DNA of 64,000 nucleotides, taken from contig DASUNW010000063.1 of assembly GCA_036276955.1 (NCBI GenBank), forward strand, positions 202 through 64,201, in the 5' to 3' direction. The DNA is from Alcanivorax sp. (GTDB taxonomy: Bacteria; Pseudomonadota; Gammaproteobacteria; Pseudomonadales; Alcanivoracaceae). How positions within the stretch are numbered: the stretch's first letter is position 1; every line of letters begins with the position of its first letter. Under the pieces are notes generated by a model. It saw only the letters and a program-made list of their open reading frames with translations, ran no database searches and was not told the origin of the DNA. The position numbers were made by a program, and so were the translations under genes. Shown here piece after piece: positions 40,721-50,410 of this stretch.

Positions 40721-42550
40721 TTATTCGTGAAACCAGTTGTAGAGCGTCTCCGCGGTCTGGGCGTTGATGCCCTCTACCCGGGCCAGCTCTTCCCGGGAGG
40801 CGTTGCGCAGTTGCTTGAGGCCGCCGAAATGGTTGAGCAGCGCCTTGCGCCGCTTGGGGCCGACACCGGGGATGTCCTCCAAACCGGAACGGCGCGCCTT
40901 GCCCCGCCGCGCACGGTGACCGGTGATCGCGAAGCGATGGGCCTCGTCGCGCACTTGCTGCAGCAGGTGCAGCGCCGCATGGGCGCCGCCGGGCACCAGC
41001 TCGCGGCCGTCCGGCAGATACAACACTTCCAGACCCGGGCGCCGGCTGGGGCCCTTACCGATGCCCATCACCAGCACCTGATTATCCAGATTCAGGCTTT
41101 GAATTACCTCGAAGCTGCGCTGCATTTGCCCCTTGCCGCCGTCGATCAGCAGCAGGTCGGGCAGCTTCGCCTCTTCCTTGACCACCCGCTGGTAGCGGCG
41201 CCGCACCGCTTCTTCGAGCGCCTCATAGTCGTCGCCGCCGTGTTCCGGGCTGACATTGAAGCGGCGGTAGTCCGCCTTGCGCGCGCCTTGCTGGTCGAAC
41301 ACCACGCAGGACGCCACCGCCCGTTCGCCCTGGGTGTGACTGATATCGAAGCATTCGATGCGACGAATCGGGGTGTCCGCTTCGAGCAGGGTTTCCAGGG
41401 CATGGAAGCGCTGTTCCAGATGCTCGCGGGCGGCCAGATCGGTGTGCAGGGACTGCTCAGCGTTGGTCCGCGCCATGTTCAGCCAGGCCTGGCGCTGGCC
41501 GCGCACGCGGGCGGCGAGCCGGATTCGCCGCCCCAGTTGCGTTTCCATGGCCTCCTGCAACGCCTCCTGCCCCGGTAGCGCGCCGGGCAGCACGATCTCC
41601 CGGGGGATCGACTGGTCGTCGCGCTCCCCAAGATAATACTGGGCCAGAAACGCTTCCAGGATTTCGTCGCTGTCTTCCTCGCCGCGGGTGTCCGGCCGGA
41701 AGCTGCGGTGGCCGAGCACCCTGCCCTGGCGCACCATCAGCACCTCCACCACCGCCAGGCCATGCCGTACGGCGATGGCCACCGCGTCCACGTCGCCACC
41801 CCGGTCGGTCTCCACGTTCTGCTTTTGCTGCACTGCCTGGATCGCGGCAAGCTGATCGCGCAGTTCCGCCGCCCGTTCGAAATCCAGTTCCTCGGCGGCT
41901 TTCTCCATCTGGACGGTGAGGTGGTCGCTGACCTGCCGACTGCGGCCGGAGAGAAAGTCCATCGCCATGCGCACCTGTTCGGCGTACGCCTCGCGGCTGA
42001 CGAATTCCACGCAGGGCGCCGAGCACCGCTGAATCTGGTACTGCAGGCAGGGGCGGGTTCGGTTGCGAAAAAAACTGTCCCGACAATTACGTACCCGGAA
42101 CACCTTTTCCACCAGGGCGAGGGTTTCGCGGACACTGCCGGCGCTCGGATAGGGGCCGAAATAGCGGCTGCCGGGGCGGCGCTTGCCGCGATGGAAGGTG
42201 ATGCGCGGATACTCGTCCGTGGTGGTGATCTTGATGTAGGGGTAGGATTTATCGTCGCGCAGCAGAATATTGTACGGCGGCCGCAGGGACTTGATCAGCG
42301 ACTGTTCAAGCAGCAACGCCTCCGCCTCGCTGGCGGTGACCGTGGTCTCCACCCGGGCGATGCGACCCACCAGCGCGCGGGTCTTGGCGCCGGTGACGTT
42401 CTTCTGGAAATAGGAATTCAGCCGGGCACGCAGATCCCGGGCTTTACCCACATAGAGTACCCCGCCATCGTCGTCCAGCATCCGGTAAACACCGGGCTTG
42501 CGGGCGCAATGGGCGAGAAACTGCTTGGCGTCGAATTGCGGCAAGGCCAC
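40721..42550 (-). CDS. uvrC: excinuclease ABC subunit C
   Basis: GVYRM..YVGKA, DDKSYPY, IECFDISH, IDGGKGQ, RDEAHRFA, HhH. GTG start at 42550 is inferred. Confidence 0.96.
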   Translation of the reverse strand: MALPQFDAKQFLAHCARKPGVYRMLDDDGGVLYVGKARDLRARLNSYFQKNVTGAKTRALVGRIARVETTVTASEAEALLLEQSLIKSLRPPYNILLRDDKSYPYIKITTTDEYPRITFHRGKRRPGSRYFGPYPSAGSVRETLALVEKVFRVRNCRDSFFRNRTRPCLQYQIQRCSAPCVEFVSREAYAEQVRMAMDFLSGRSRQVSDHLTVQMEKAAEELDFERAAELRDQLAAIQAVQQKQNVETDRGGDVDAVAIAVRHGLAVVEVLMVRQGRVLGHRSFRPDTRGEEDSDEILEAFLAQYYLGERDDQSIPREIVLPGALPGQEALQEAMETQLGRRIRLAARVRGQRQAWLNMARTNAEQSLHTDLAAREHLEQRFHALETLLEADTPIRRIECFDISHTQGERAVASCVVFDQQGARKADYRRFNVSPEHGGDDYEALEEAVRRRYQRVVKEEAKLPDLLLIDGGKGQMQRSFEVIQSLNLDNQVLVMGIGKGPSRRPGLEVLYLPDGRELVPGGAHAALHLLQQVRDEAHRFAITGHRARRGKARRSGLEDIPGVGPKRRKALLNHFGGLKQLRNASREELARVEGINAQTAETLYNWFHE

Positions 42551-42642
42551 TCCGGGGTCGGCGAACGAAAGGCTGCATAGGATCGGCACTGGCGCGATAC
42601 TGTCAAGCCCGCGCCGATCATTTCCGCCCGCCGACCGGACCC

Positions 42643-43296
42643 TCAGGCCGGGTTGGCTTCGTCGGCGTCCACCATGCCGTGGCGCACCGCCACCAGGGCC
42701 ATTTCCACATCGCTGCTGATGCCGAGCTTGTCGAAAATGCGGTAACGGTAGGTGTTCACCGTCTTGGGCGACAGGCAAAGCTGATCGGCCACATCCTGCA
42801 CCTTATGGCAGTTGACGATCAGAATCATGATCTGCAACTCGCGCTCGGAGAGCATGTCCAGCGGCGCGTCCGGGGTCGGCACGAACGGCCGCAGCGCCAT
42901 TGCCTGGGCGATGGCCGGGCTGATGTAGCGTTGCCCGGTGCTTACCACCTTGATCGCCTGGACCATTTCCTCCGGATCGGCGCCCTTGCTCAGGTAGCCG
43001 GCGGCGCCGGCGTGCAGCAGGCGCGACGGAAACGGCTCGTCCTCGCAGACGGTCACCGCGATCACGCGCAGCCCGTCGTCCTGGCGCAGCATCCGCCGGG
43101 TCGCTTCGAGCCCGCCGATGCCCGGCATCTTGATATCCATCAGCACCACATCCGGGCTCAGTTCCCGGGCCAGGCGCACCGCTTCCTCCCCACAATCGGC
43201 CTGGCCGACCACGCGAATCCCTTTTTGATCGCCGAGCATACGGGTAATGCCGGTTCTTACCAGATCGTGGTCATCGACCACCAGTACCTTGATCAT
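42643..43296 (-). CDS. gacA: GacA/UvrY response regulator
   Basis: [38 protein letters not shown]; upstream of uvrC. Confidence 0.94.
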   Translation of the reverse strand: MIKVLVVDDHDLVRTGITRMLGDQKGIRVVGQADCGEEAVRLARELSPDVVLMDIKMPGIGGLEATRRMLRQDDGLRVIAVTVCEDEPFPSRLLHAGAAGYLSKGADPEEMVQAIKVVSTGQRYISPAIAQAMALRPFVPTPDAPLDMLSERELQIMILIVNCHKVQDVADQLCLSPKTVNTYRYRIFDKLGISSDVEMALVAVRHGMVDADEANPA

Positions 43297-43474
43297 TTTT
43301 ATCCTCCCCACTTAGCGTCCTTGATAGTGGATGTATTTTGAACCGTCCAAGCCTAGCGCGCCCGCGTCGCGATGCCTAGTGGTGGCGATCACGATTCGAC
43401 CAGGGGCGCATTGACGCCCGGGCACTTAAGGGTAAATCTGGGTTCCGGCCAATCTCACAACAAGGACAAGACCG

Positions 43475-45154
43475 ATGAGCGCAATCTTTCTCCTGGTGCT
43501 GGGCCTGGGCGGCATGGCTGCCGGCTACTTCGTCTACTCCCGCTTTATCGCGGAGAAAATCTACAAGCTCGATGCGGATTTCCGCACCCCGGCCCACGAG
43601 TTCGAGGACGGGGTCGACTTCGTGCCCACCAATCGCTTCGTGCTGTGGGGCCACCACTTTACCTCGGTGGCCGGCGCCGCGCCCATCGTCGGCCCGGCCA
43701 TCGCGGTAATCTGGGGTTGGCTACCGGCTTTTTTGTGGGTGGTTCTGGGCACCATCTTCTTCGCCGGCGTCCACGACAGCGGCGCGATCTGGGCGAGTGT
43801 GCGCAACCGGGCCAAATCGGTGGGCTCGCTCACCGGCGAGGTGGTCGGTGGCCGCGCGCGCAGCGTCTTCATGATCGTCATTTTCCTGGTGCTGCTGATG
43901 GTCAACGCGGTGTTCGGGGTGGTGATCGCCAAGCTGCTGATCAATAACCCGGGCGCGGTGGTGCCGGTGTGGGGCGCGATCGCCGTGGCGCTGGTGATCG
44001 GTCAGCTTATTTACCGCCGCAAGATCGGCCTGGGCATCGTCTCGGTGGTCGGCGTGGTGGCGCTTTACGCGCTCATCTACATCGGCCCGTCGGTGCCGGT
44101 GACCCTGCCGGAAAGCACCGCCGGCCTGTCGCCCAACGCGATGTGGATTCTGATCCTGTTCGGCTACGCGGCGATCGCGTCGCTGTTGCCGGTGTGGGTG
44201 CTGCTGCAGCCGCGTGACTACATCAACGGCCTGCAACTGTTCGTCGGCCTGATTCTGCTGTACGGCGCGGTGATCATCGCCAGCCCCACGGTGGTGGCGC
44301 CGATGATCAACTTCGGCGTCCCCGAGGGCACGCCCTCGATGCTGCCGCTGCTGTTCGTGACCATCGCCTGCGGTGCCATATCCGGCTTCCACGGTCTGGT
44401 GGCCTCGGGCACCACCTCCAAACAGCTCAACAAGGAAACCGACGCCCGCTTCGTCGGTTACTTCGGCGCCGTCGGTGAAGGCGCCCTGGCGCTGGCCGCG
44501 ATCATCGCCGCCTCCGCCGGCTTCGCCTCCCTGGCCGACTGGCAGGCGGTCTACACCTCGTTCGGCCAAGGCAGCCTGACCGCGTTCGTGGACGGCGGCG
44601 CCTTTATTCTCGCCGCCGGTACCGGCATGGAAATGACCGTGGCGGCCACGCTGCTCACGGTGATGGCGGCGCTGTTCGCGGGCACCACCATGGACACCGG
44701 CCTGCGCCTGCAGCGCTACATTTTCCAGGAATGGGGCGAGATCTATAACATCGGCTGGATGCGCAAGGCGTTCCCGGCCACCATGCTTTCCGTCGCCAGC
44801 TGTTTGATTCTGGCGTTCGGTGCCGGCGGCGCCGACGGTTCCGGCGGTCTGCTGATCTGGCCACTGTTCGGGACCACCAACCAGTTGCTGGCCGGCCTCA
44901 CCCTGTTGGTGATCACGGTGATGCTGGTGCGCCGCGGCCGGCCCACCTTCTATACCCTGGGCCCATTGGTGTTCCTGCTGGTGATGACCCTGGCCGCGCT
45001 GCTGATGCAGCTCCGTGACTTTTACTACAAAGAAAACTGGTTCCTGCTGGGTCTGGATCTGGTGGTGCTGGTGGCGGCGGTGCTGGTGACCCTGGAATGC
45101 GTGGCCGCCCTGCGCCGCGCCAAGGGCGCCGCCAACGACGAGAGCGCCTCGTGA
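43475..45154 (+). CDS. cstA: carbon starvation protein A family transporter
   Basis: TPAH..DGVDFVP, GHHF.S.AGA.PI.GP, LLQPRDYIN, TIACGAISGFH, IWPLFGTTNQLLA. Confidence 0.92.
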   Translation: MSAIFLLVLGLGGMAAGYFVYSRFIAEKIYKLDADFRTPAHEFEDGVDFVPTNRFVLWGHHFTSVAGAAPIVGPAIAVIWGWLPAFLWVVLGTIFFAGVHDSGAIWASVRNRAKSVGSLTGEVVGGRARSVFMIVIFLVLLMVNAVFGVVIAKLLINNPGAVVPVWGAIAVALVIGQLIYRRKIGLGIVSVVGVVALYALIYIGPSVPVTLPESTAGLSPNAMWILILFGYAAIASLLPVWVLLQPRDYINGLQLFVGLILLYGAVIIASPTVVAPMINFGVPEGTPSMLPLLFVTIACGAISGFHGLVASGTTSKQLNKETDARFVGYFGAVGEGALALAAIIAASAGFASLADWQAVYTSFGQGSLTAFVDGGAFILAAGTGMEMTVAATLLTVMAALFAGTTMDTGLRLQRYIFQEWGEIYNIGWMRKAFPATMLSVASCLILAFGAGGADGSGGLLIWPLFGTTNQLLAGLTLLVITVMLVRRGRPTFYTLGPLVFLLVMTLAALLMQLRDFYYKENWFLLGLDLVVLVAAVLVTLECVAALRRAKGAANDESAS

Positions 45155-45447
45155 GCAGCGAGCGACCGGCGCTGCGCTTGATCGGCCGGCTGCGTCGCTG
45201 GTACCGGCGCGCCGGCGATCTGGGCGCCGCCTACTATAACGCGCCCTACCGGGCCGCCATCGCGCGCGCCCGGCGGGACGAGGAGGACCTGTTCATGCTG
45301 ATGGTGTTCTCGGAAAACCTGGGCATTCCCAATCCGGCCACCTGGTACACGCTGGAGCTGCAGCCCTTGTTGCTGGACCGTTTCCACGACTGGCACAAAC
45401 GCATGGGCATGCCCCACTCGCCCCTCGACCACTTCCGCTGCTGCTGA
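45151..45447 (+). CDS. small 'CC-star' protein ending in Cys-Cys-stop
   Basis: GTGA overlap with the cstA stop; DLFML..FSE.LG.PNP..YTLEL; ends FRCC*. Confidence 0.82.
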   Translation: MSSERPALRLIGRLRRWYRRAGDLGAAYYNAPYRAAIARARRDEEDLFMLMVFSENLGIPNPATWYTLELQPLLLDRFHDWHKRMGMPHSPLDHFRCC

Positions 45448-45450
45448 TTC

Positions 45451-46470
45451 ATGCCGGACCCGAACACACCTCTGGGTATCGACACGTTGCTGCGTCAACG
45501 CCGCCTGCTGATGGTGGGCGGCAAGGGCGGCGTCGGCAAAACCACGGTGGCGTCGGCCCTGGCGTTGCGCGCCGTCGCCCTGGGCCGCCGGGTGCTGCTG
45601 GTATCCACCGACCCGGCGCACAGCTTGGCGGACGCCTTCGACCGGCACATCGGCGACCAGGAAACCGAACTGGCGGCCAACCTCACCGGCCTGGAAATAG
45701 ACCCGGACAGCGAGGTGGATGCCCATCTGGAACGGGTGCGCGCTCAGATGGCCCGTTACGCGGCCGCCGACCAGCGCCCGGAGCTGGAGCGCCAGTTGCG
45801 GCTCAGCCGGCAATCACCGGGGGCCCAGGAGGCGGCGCTGCTGGAGCGCATCACCACGATCATTGATCAGCAGGACCGTTTCGATCTGATCGTTTTCGAC
45901 ACCGCCCCCACCGGGCACACCCTGCGCCTGCTCAGCCTGCCGGAAATGATGGCCGCCTGGAGCGAGGGTCTGCTCAAACAGAACCGGCGCACCGAACAGC
46001 TGCGCAAAGTGCTCGGCCATCTGACGCCGGGACGCGACCTGGAAAGCCCGCTGGGCGAACCGGAGGAGCGGGAGCTGGAAGGCCTGGACGAGCGCGCCCG
46101 GGCGTTGGCGGCGCCGCTGCTGGAGCGGCAGCGACGCTTTCACCGCGCCCGCCGGCGGCTGCAGGACACCGACCACACTGGTTTTTTGTTCGTGCTGACG
46201 CCGGAGCGGCTGCCGATCCTGGAAACCGAGCGTGCGGTGGACAGCCTCGGCGAGGCCAGGATTCCGGTGGCCGGGATGATCATCAACCGGGTGCTCCCGG
46301 ACCAGGTAGAGGGCGCCTTCTTCCGCGCCCGCCGGGAGCGGGAGCAACGGCTGATGGGGGACATCGACCGTCGGTTGGGCGCCCTGCCCCGGCTAACGCT
46401 GCCGTTGCTGGCCGACGATATTCAGGGGCTGACCGCCCTTACGGCCTTCGCCGCCAATCTGGACGGGTGA
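45451..46470 (+). CDS. single-domain ArsA/Get3 family ATPase
   Basis: GKGGVGKTT, STDPAHSL, DTAPTGHTLRLL, PE.LP..E. Confidence 0.9.
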   Translation: MPDPNTPLGIDTLLRQRRLLMVGGKGGVGKTTVASALALRAVALGRRVLLVSTDPAHSLADAFDRHIGDQETELAANLTGLEIDPDSEVDAHLERVRAQMARYAAADQRPELERQLRLSRQSPGAQEAALLERITTIIDQQDRFDLIVFDTAPTGHTLRLLSLPEMMAAWSEGLLKQNRRTEQLRKVLGHLTPGRDLESPLGEPEERELEGLDERARALAAPLLERQRRFHRARRRLQDTDHTGFLFVLTPERLPILETERAVDSLGEARIPVAGMIINRVLPDQVEGAFFRARREREQRLMGDIDRRLGALPRLTLPLLADDIQGLTALTAFAANLDG

Positions 46471-46620
46471 GTCCACGCTTATCCCCACCCAATAGCGCAT
46501 CGCTTATCGGCACGGTCAGCACCACGGGAACTTTCCGCGGACGCGCCTTGTCTGGCCTTTTGTAGCGCCCTTCCCGACCACGCCGGAAGGGAATTTAATA
46601 ACAACCAGGGGGCAATCAGG

Positions 46621-47550
46621 ATGATCCGACTTGACTCTCTAACCCGCCGTTATGGCGATTTCGTCGCGGTGGAGAACCTGTCTTGCACCATCGAATCCGG
46701 CGAAATCATCGGTCTGCTGGGCCGCAATGGCGCCGGCAAAACCACTACAATGAAAATGCTCACCGGCGCCCTGGAACCGGACAGCGGTTCCATACAGGTG
46801 GACGGTCTGGACATGCGTAATCACCGCCGCGCGATTCAGCGCCGCATCGGATACTTGCCGGAAAACTGTCCGGTGTACCCCGAGATGACAGTGGTCGAGT
46901 ACCTCCACCACCGCGCCACAATGCTGGAAGTATCACAGCAGGACCGCCTCGGCGCGATTCGCCGCACGGTGGAACAAGCCGAGCTTCAGAACAAACTGCT
47001 CACTCCCATCGGCACCTTGTCGAGAGGATTTCGGCAGCGCGTCGGCGTGGCCCAGGCGATCCTCCATGATCCCGACATCGTGATCCTCGACGAGCCCACC
47101 AACGGCCTGGACCCCAAGCAGATCCATCAGATGCGCGATCTGATCCGTGAGCTGTCGCGTCACGCGACGGTGATTGTCTCCACTCACATCCTTCAGGAAG
47201 TGGAAGCGGTGTGCCGCCGGGTACTGATGTTGCGCAATGGCGCCCTGGCACTCGATTCGCCGCTGGATGAATTATCCGATAAGGGGCGCCTGCGTGTGGA
47301 CACCGACATCGAACCCGGGCGCGCTCAAGCTTTGCTGGAAAACATCGATGGAGTGGTCACCGTGACCGGCCTAGGCGGAGGTGCGCTTGAAGTTCGATTG
47401 AGTGCACCCGCGGATCAGGTGGCCCCGCAGGTGGCGCGCGCGGTTCTCGACGCCGGCCACCGCCTGTACCGGCTTGAGCCCCGTACCTTTGGGCTGGAAA
47501 CCTTGTTCCGGGAAAGCAACGACGAATCCAAGGAGGCCGCCCATGGCTGA
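46621..47550 (+). CDS. ABC ATPase, GldA-like
   Basis: GRNGAGKTT, GYLPE, LSRGFRQRVG, ILDEPT.GLDP, STH. Confidence 0.9.
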   Translation: MIRLDSLTRRYGDFVAVENLSCTIESGEIIGLLGRNGAGKTTTMKMLTGALEPDSGSIQVDGLDMRNHRRAIQRRIGYLPENCPVYPEMTVVEYLHHRATMLEVSQQDRLGAIRRTVEQAELQNKLLTPIGTLSRGFRQRVGVAQAILHDPDIVILDEPTNGLDPKQIHQMRDLIRELSRHATVIVSTHILQEVEAVCRRVLMLRNGALALDSPLDELSDKGRLRVDTDIEPGRAQALLENIDGVVTVTGLGGGALEVRLSAPADQVAPQVARAVLDAGHRLYRLEPRTFGLETLFRESNDESKEAAHG

Positions 47551-50410
47551 CACCGCTACGCTGGCACGACGGGAACTGCGCGGCTACTTCGGCTCCCCGG
47601 TGGCCTATCTTTTTATGGCTGCCTTCCTCGGTGTGACTTTGTTTGTGTTTTTCTGGGTGGAAACCTTTTTCGCCCGCAATGTGGCGGATATCCGCCCACT
47701 TTTTGAGTGGATGCCACTGCTGCTGATCTTTCTGGTGGCGGCGATGACCATGCGGGGCTGGAGCGAAGAGAAGCGCTCCGGCACGCTGGAGCTGCTGCTC
47801 ACGGCACCGCGCTCCAGTCTGGAACTGGTGGCGGGGAAGTTCCTGGGTTGCCTGGGGCTGGTGGCGGTGTCGGTGCTGCTCACCGCGCCGATTCCCATTA
47901 CCGTGGCCTTGCTCGGTCCGCTGGACTGGGGACCGGTCCTGGGAGGCTATCTGGCTACCTTTCTGCTCGCCAGTGCCTACATTGCCATGGGCCTTTGGAT
48001 CTCGTCGCTGACCGAGAACCAGATCATCAGCCTGATCGGCACGTTGTTGCTGGGTCTGGCGCTCTATCTCCTCGGCAGCCCGCCGCTTACCCAACTGGCC
48101 GGCCGGGGCGTTAGCGAACTGCTAACCAGCCTGGGTACCGGCGCCCGCTTCGACAGTATCACCCGCGGTGTGCTCGACGCGCGCGATCTGGTGTACTACC
48201 TGAGCCTCACGGCCGTCTTTCTGGCCTTGAACGTATTGAGTCTGGAGCGACTGCGCTGGGCGCGTGGCGGCCACCGTCACAGCCGGGTCGCCGGAGCGCT
48301 GATCGTCCTCAACCTGCTGGCCGTGAATCTTTGGCTGGCACCGGTACAAAGCCTGCGGATCGACCTCACCGAGGGCAATATTTACTCCCTTTCGGACACC
48401 ACCGACCGCTATCTGGACAATCTTCAGGAGCCGCTGCTGATCCGTGGTTACTTCAGCGCCAAGACCCACCCGCTGCTGGCGCCCCTGGTGCCACAGCTGC
48501 GCGACCTGCTACGCGAGTATGGTGTGCACGGTGATGATAATGTCAGGGTTGAGATCGTCGACCCGCAGACGGATCCGGAGATCGCAGAGAAAGCGGCAAA
48601 GCGCTACGACATCAAACCGGTCCCCTTCCGTACCCAGAGCAAGTATGAATCGTCCGTGGTCAGTTCCTACTTCGACGTACTGATTCAATACGGCGACGAG
48701 CACCGGGTACTCAACTTCCGTGATCTGATCGAGATACGTCGGCATGGCGGCGACGAGGTGCGGGTGGTACTCAACGATCCGGAATACCGAATCACCAATA
48801 ACATCAAAAAGGTAGTATCACGGTATCGCCGCGCCGGCAGTCCTTTCACCGGCATTGAATCACCGGTCACGTTACGTGCCTTCATTTCCGGGCCGGAACG
48901 CCTGCCCGAAGCAGTAAAAGTATTGAAAGAAGACTTCCAGGCCCTTTTAAAGCAATGGCGCGAACAAGCCGGCGACAAGCTCCAGGTCGTCGTGGAGAAC
49001 CCCGGATCACCAAGCGGTAAGAACGCCCGCGAATTGATCAGGCGCTACGGGATCCAACCGCTGCGCACTGGTTTGTTAGGGACACCGTTCTTTTTCAACG
49101 TGATACTCGAACAGGGTGACCAACAAGTGCCGGTGCCCTTGCCTCAGGATCTGGATAAGGCTGCCCTCAAGACGAATATGGAAGTCGCGCTGGAGCGCTT
49201 CAAGCCCGGCCTGCTGGACACTATCGCCGTGTACACCCCTGGCGGCGGTTCGCCCCTGGCACGCCGTATGGGCGGATCCGGACCACAGTTCCAGACATTG
49301 AAAACCGCGCTGGCGCAAAACCATGTGGTTCAGGACACCGACCTCAAGGCCGGACATCTGCCCGCGGGCACCGACCTGCTGTTGGTACTCGCCCCGGACT
49401 CACTGTCGGAAAAACAGCTGTTTACCCTGGACCAGTTTTTAATGCGCGGTGGCACCGTGGTGATTTCAGCCAGTCCCTACAGAGTGAATCTGGGACGCGA
49501 CGGCCTCAACGCGAGCGCCCATGAAAGCGGCCTGTCCGAGTGGCTCCAGGCCAAAGGCATCAACATGAAACAACAGTTCGTGCTTGATCCCGTCAGCGCC
49601 AGCTTTCCAATTCCAGTGGTGCGCCGGATCGGTGGCATTCCGGTGCGTGAGTTCAGCCAGGTCGACTACCCCTATTTCGCGGATATTCGCGCGCCCAGGA
49701 TGGCGCGGGATACCGCCATTACGCGCGGGTTGGGTCAGCTCACTGTAACCTGGGCTTCGCCCCTGGTTACCGACCAGCTCGACGAAGGCCTTAGCGCCAA
49801 GCCGCTGCTACGCAGCTCCAAACGAGCCTGGCTGTCCGACGCCACGGAAATTACCCCGCCCATGGAAGGCGAGGCCGCGCCCTGGACGGCGGAAGTCGGC
49901 GCGCGCGACCAGCGTACTCTGGGGCTGGCCGTCACCGGGCGCTTCCAGTCGTATTTCTCGAACAAAACCAACCCTTATCTGAAGTCCGAAAAGAGCCAGG
50001 ACCCGGACTCGAAGGAAACACCGGACGACACGGCGCCGGTCTTGCATTCCGTCATCCCGGCATCGCCGAAAAACACCCGTCTGGTGCTGTATGCCTCGTC
50101 GACATTCGCCAGCGACCAGGTATTGAGACTGCAGCGATTGTCGGCCGGCCGCAGCTACCGCAAACCCGTGGCTTTGTTTCGCAATACGCTGGACTGGGCC
50201 CTGGAAGATCCGGCCATGCTGGCGTTGCGCGACGAGGTCCAGACCGCGCGCATACTGCAGCCGCTTACGGAAACCGAGCGCCGGTTCTGGGAGTACCTGA
50301 ACTACACCCTGGCGATACTGGGTCTGGGGTTGTTATGGCTGATCGCCCGCACACTGCATCGGCGTCGCCAGGCGGCCTTTCTGCGAGCACTGAATGAGGG
50401 GGAGGTATGA
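47543..50410 (+). CDS. GldF-like ABC-2 permease fused to a GldG-like periplasmic domain
   Basis: RRELRGYFGSPVAY, EEKRSGTLELLLT, RIDLTEGNIYSLS, FTLDQFLMRGG, C-terminal TM helix. Confidence 0.85.
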   Translation: MADTATLARRELRGYFGSPVAYLFMAAFLGVTLFVFFWVETFFARNVADIRPLFEWMPLLLIFLVAAMTMRGWSEEKRSGTLELLLTAPRSSLELVAGKFLGCLGLVAVSVLLTAPIPITVALLGPLDWGPVLGGYLATFLLASAYIAMGLWISSLTENQIISLIGTLLLGLALYLLGSPPLTQLAGRGVSELLTSLGTGARFDSITRGVLDARDLVYYLSLTAVFLALNVLSLERLRWARGGHRHSRVAGALIVLNLLAVNLWLAPVQSLRIDLTEGNIYSLSDTTDRYLDNLQEPLLIRGYFSAKTHPLLAPLVPQLRDLLREYGVHGDDNVRVEIVDPQTDPEIAEKAAKRYDIKPVPFRTQSKYESSVVSSYFDVLIQYGDEHRVLNFRDLIEIRRHGGDEVRVVLNDPEYRITNNIKKVVSRYRRAGSPFTGIESPVTLRAFISGPERLPEAVKVLKEDFQALLKQWREQAGDKLQVVVENPGSPSGKNARELIRRYGIQPLRTGLLGTPFFFNVILEQGDQQVPVPLPQDLDKAALKTNMEVALERFKPGLLDTIAVYTPGGGSPLARRMGGSGPQFQTLKTALAQNHVVQDTDLKAGHLPAGTDLLLVLAPDSLSEKQLFTLDQFLMRGGTVVISASPYRVNLGRDGLNASAHESGLSEWLQAKGINMKQQFVLDPVSASFPIPVVRRIGGIPVREFSQVDYPYFADIRAPRMARDTAITRGLGQLTVTWASPLVTDQLDEGLSAKPLLRSSKRAWLSDATEITPPMEGEAAPWTAEVGARDQRTLGLAVTGRFQSYFSNKTNPYLKSEKSQDPDSKETPDDTAPVLHSVIPASPKNTRLVLYASSTFASDQVLRLQRLSAGRSYRKPVALFRNTLDWALEDPAMLALRDEVQTARILQPLTETERRFWEYLNYTLAILGLGLLWLIARTLHRRRQAAFLRALNEGEV

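Noticed and set aside
45451-46470. Arsenic resistance locus
   Set aside because: No arsB/acr3, arsC, arsR or arsD, and the ATPase lacks Cys ligands
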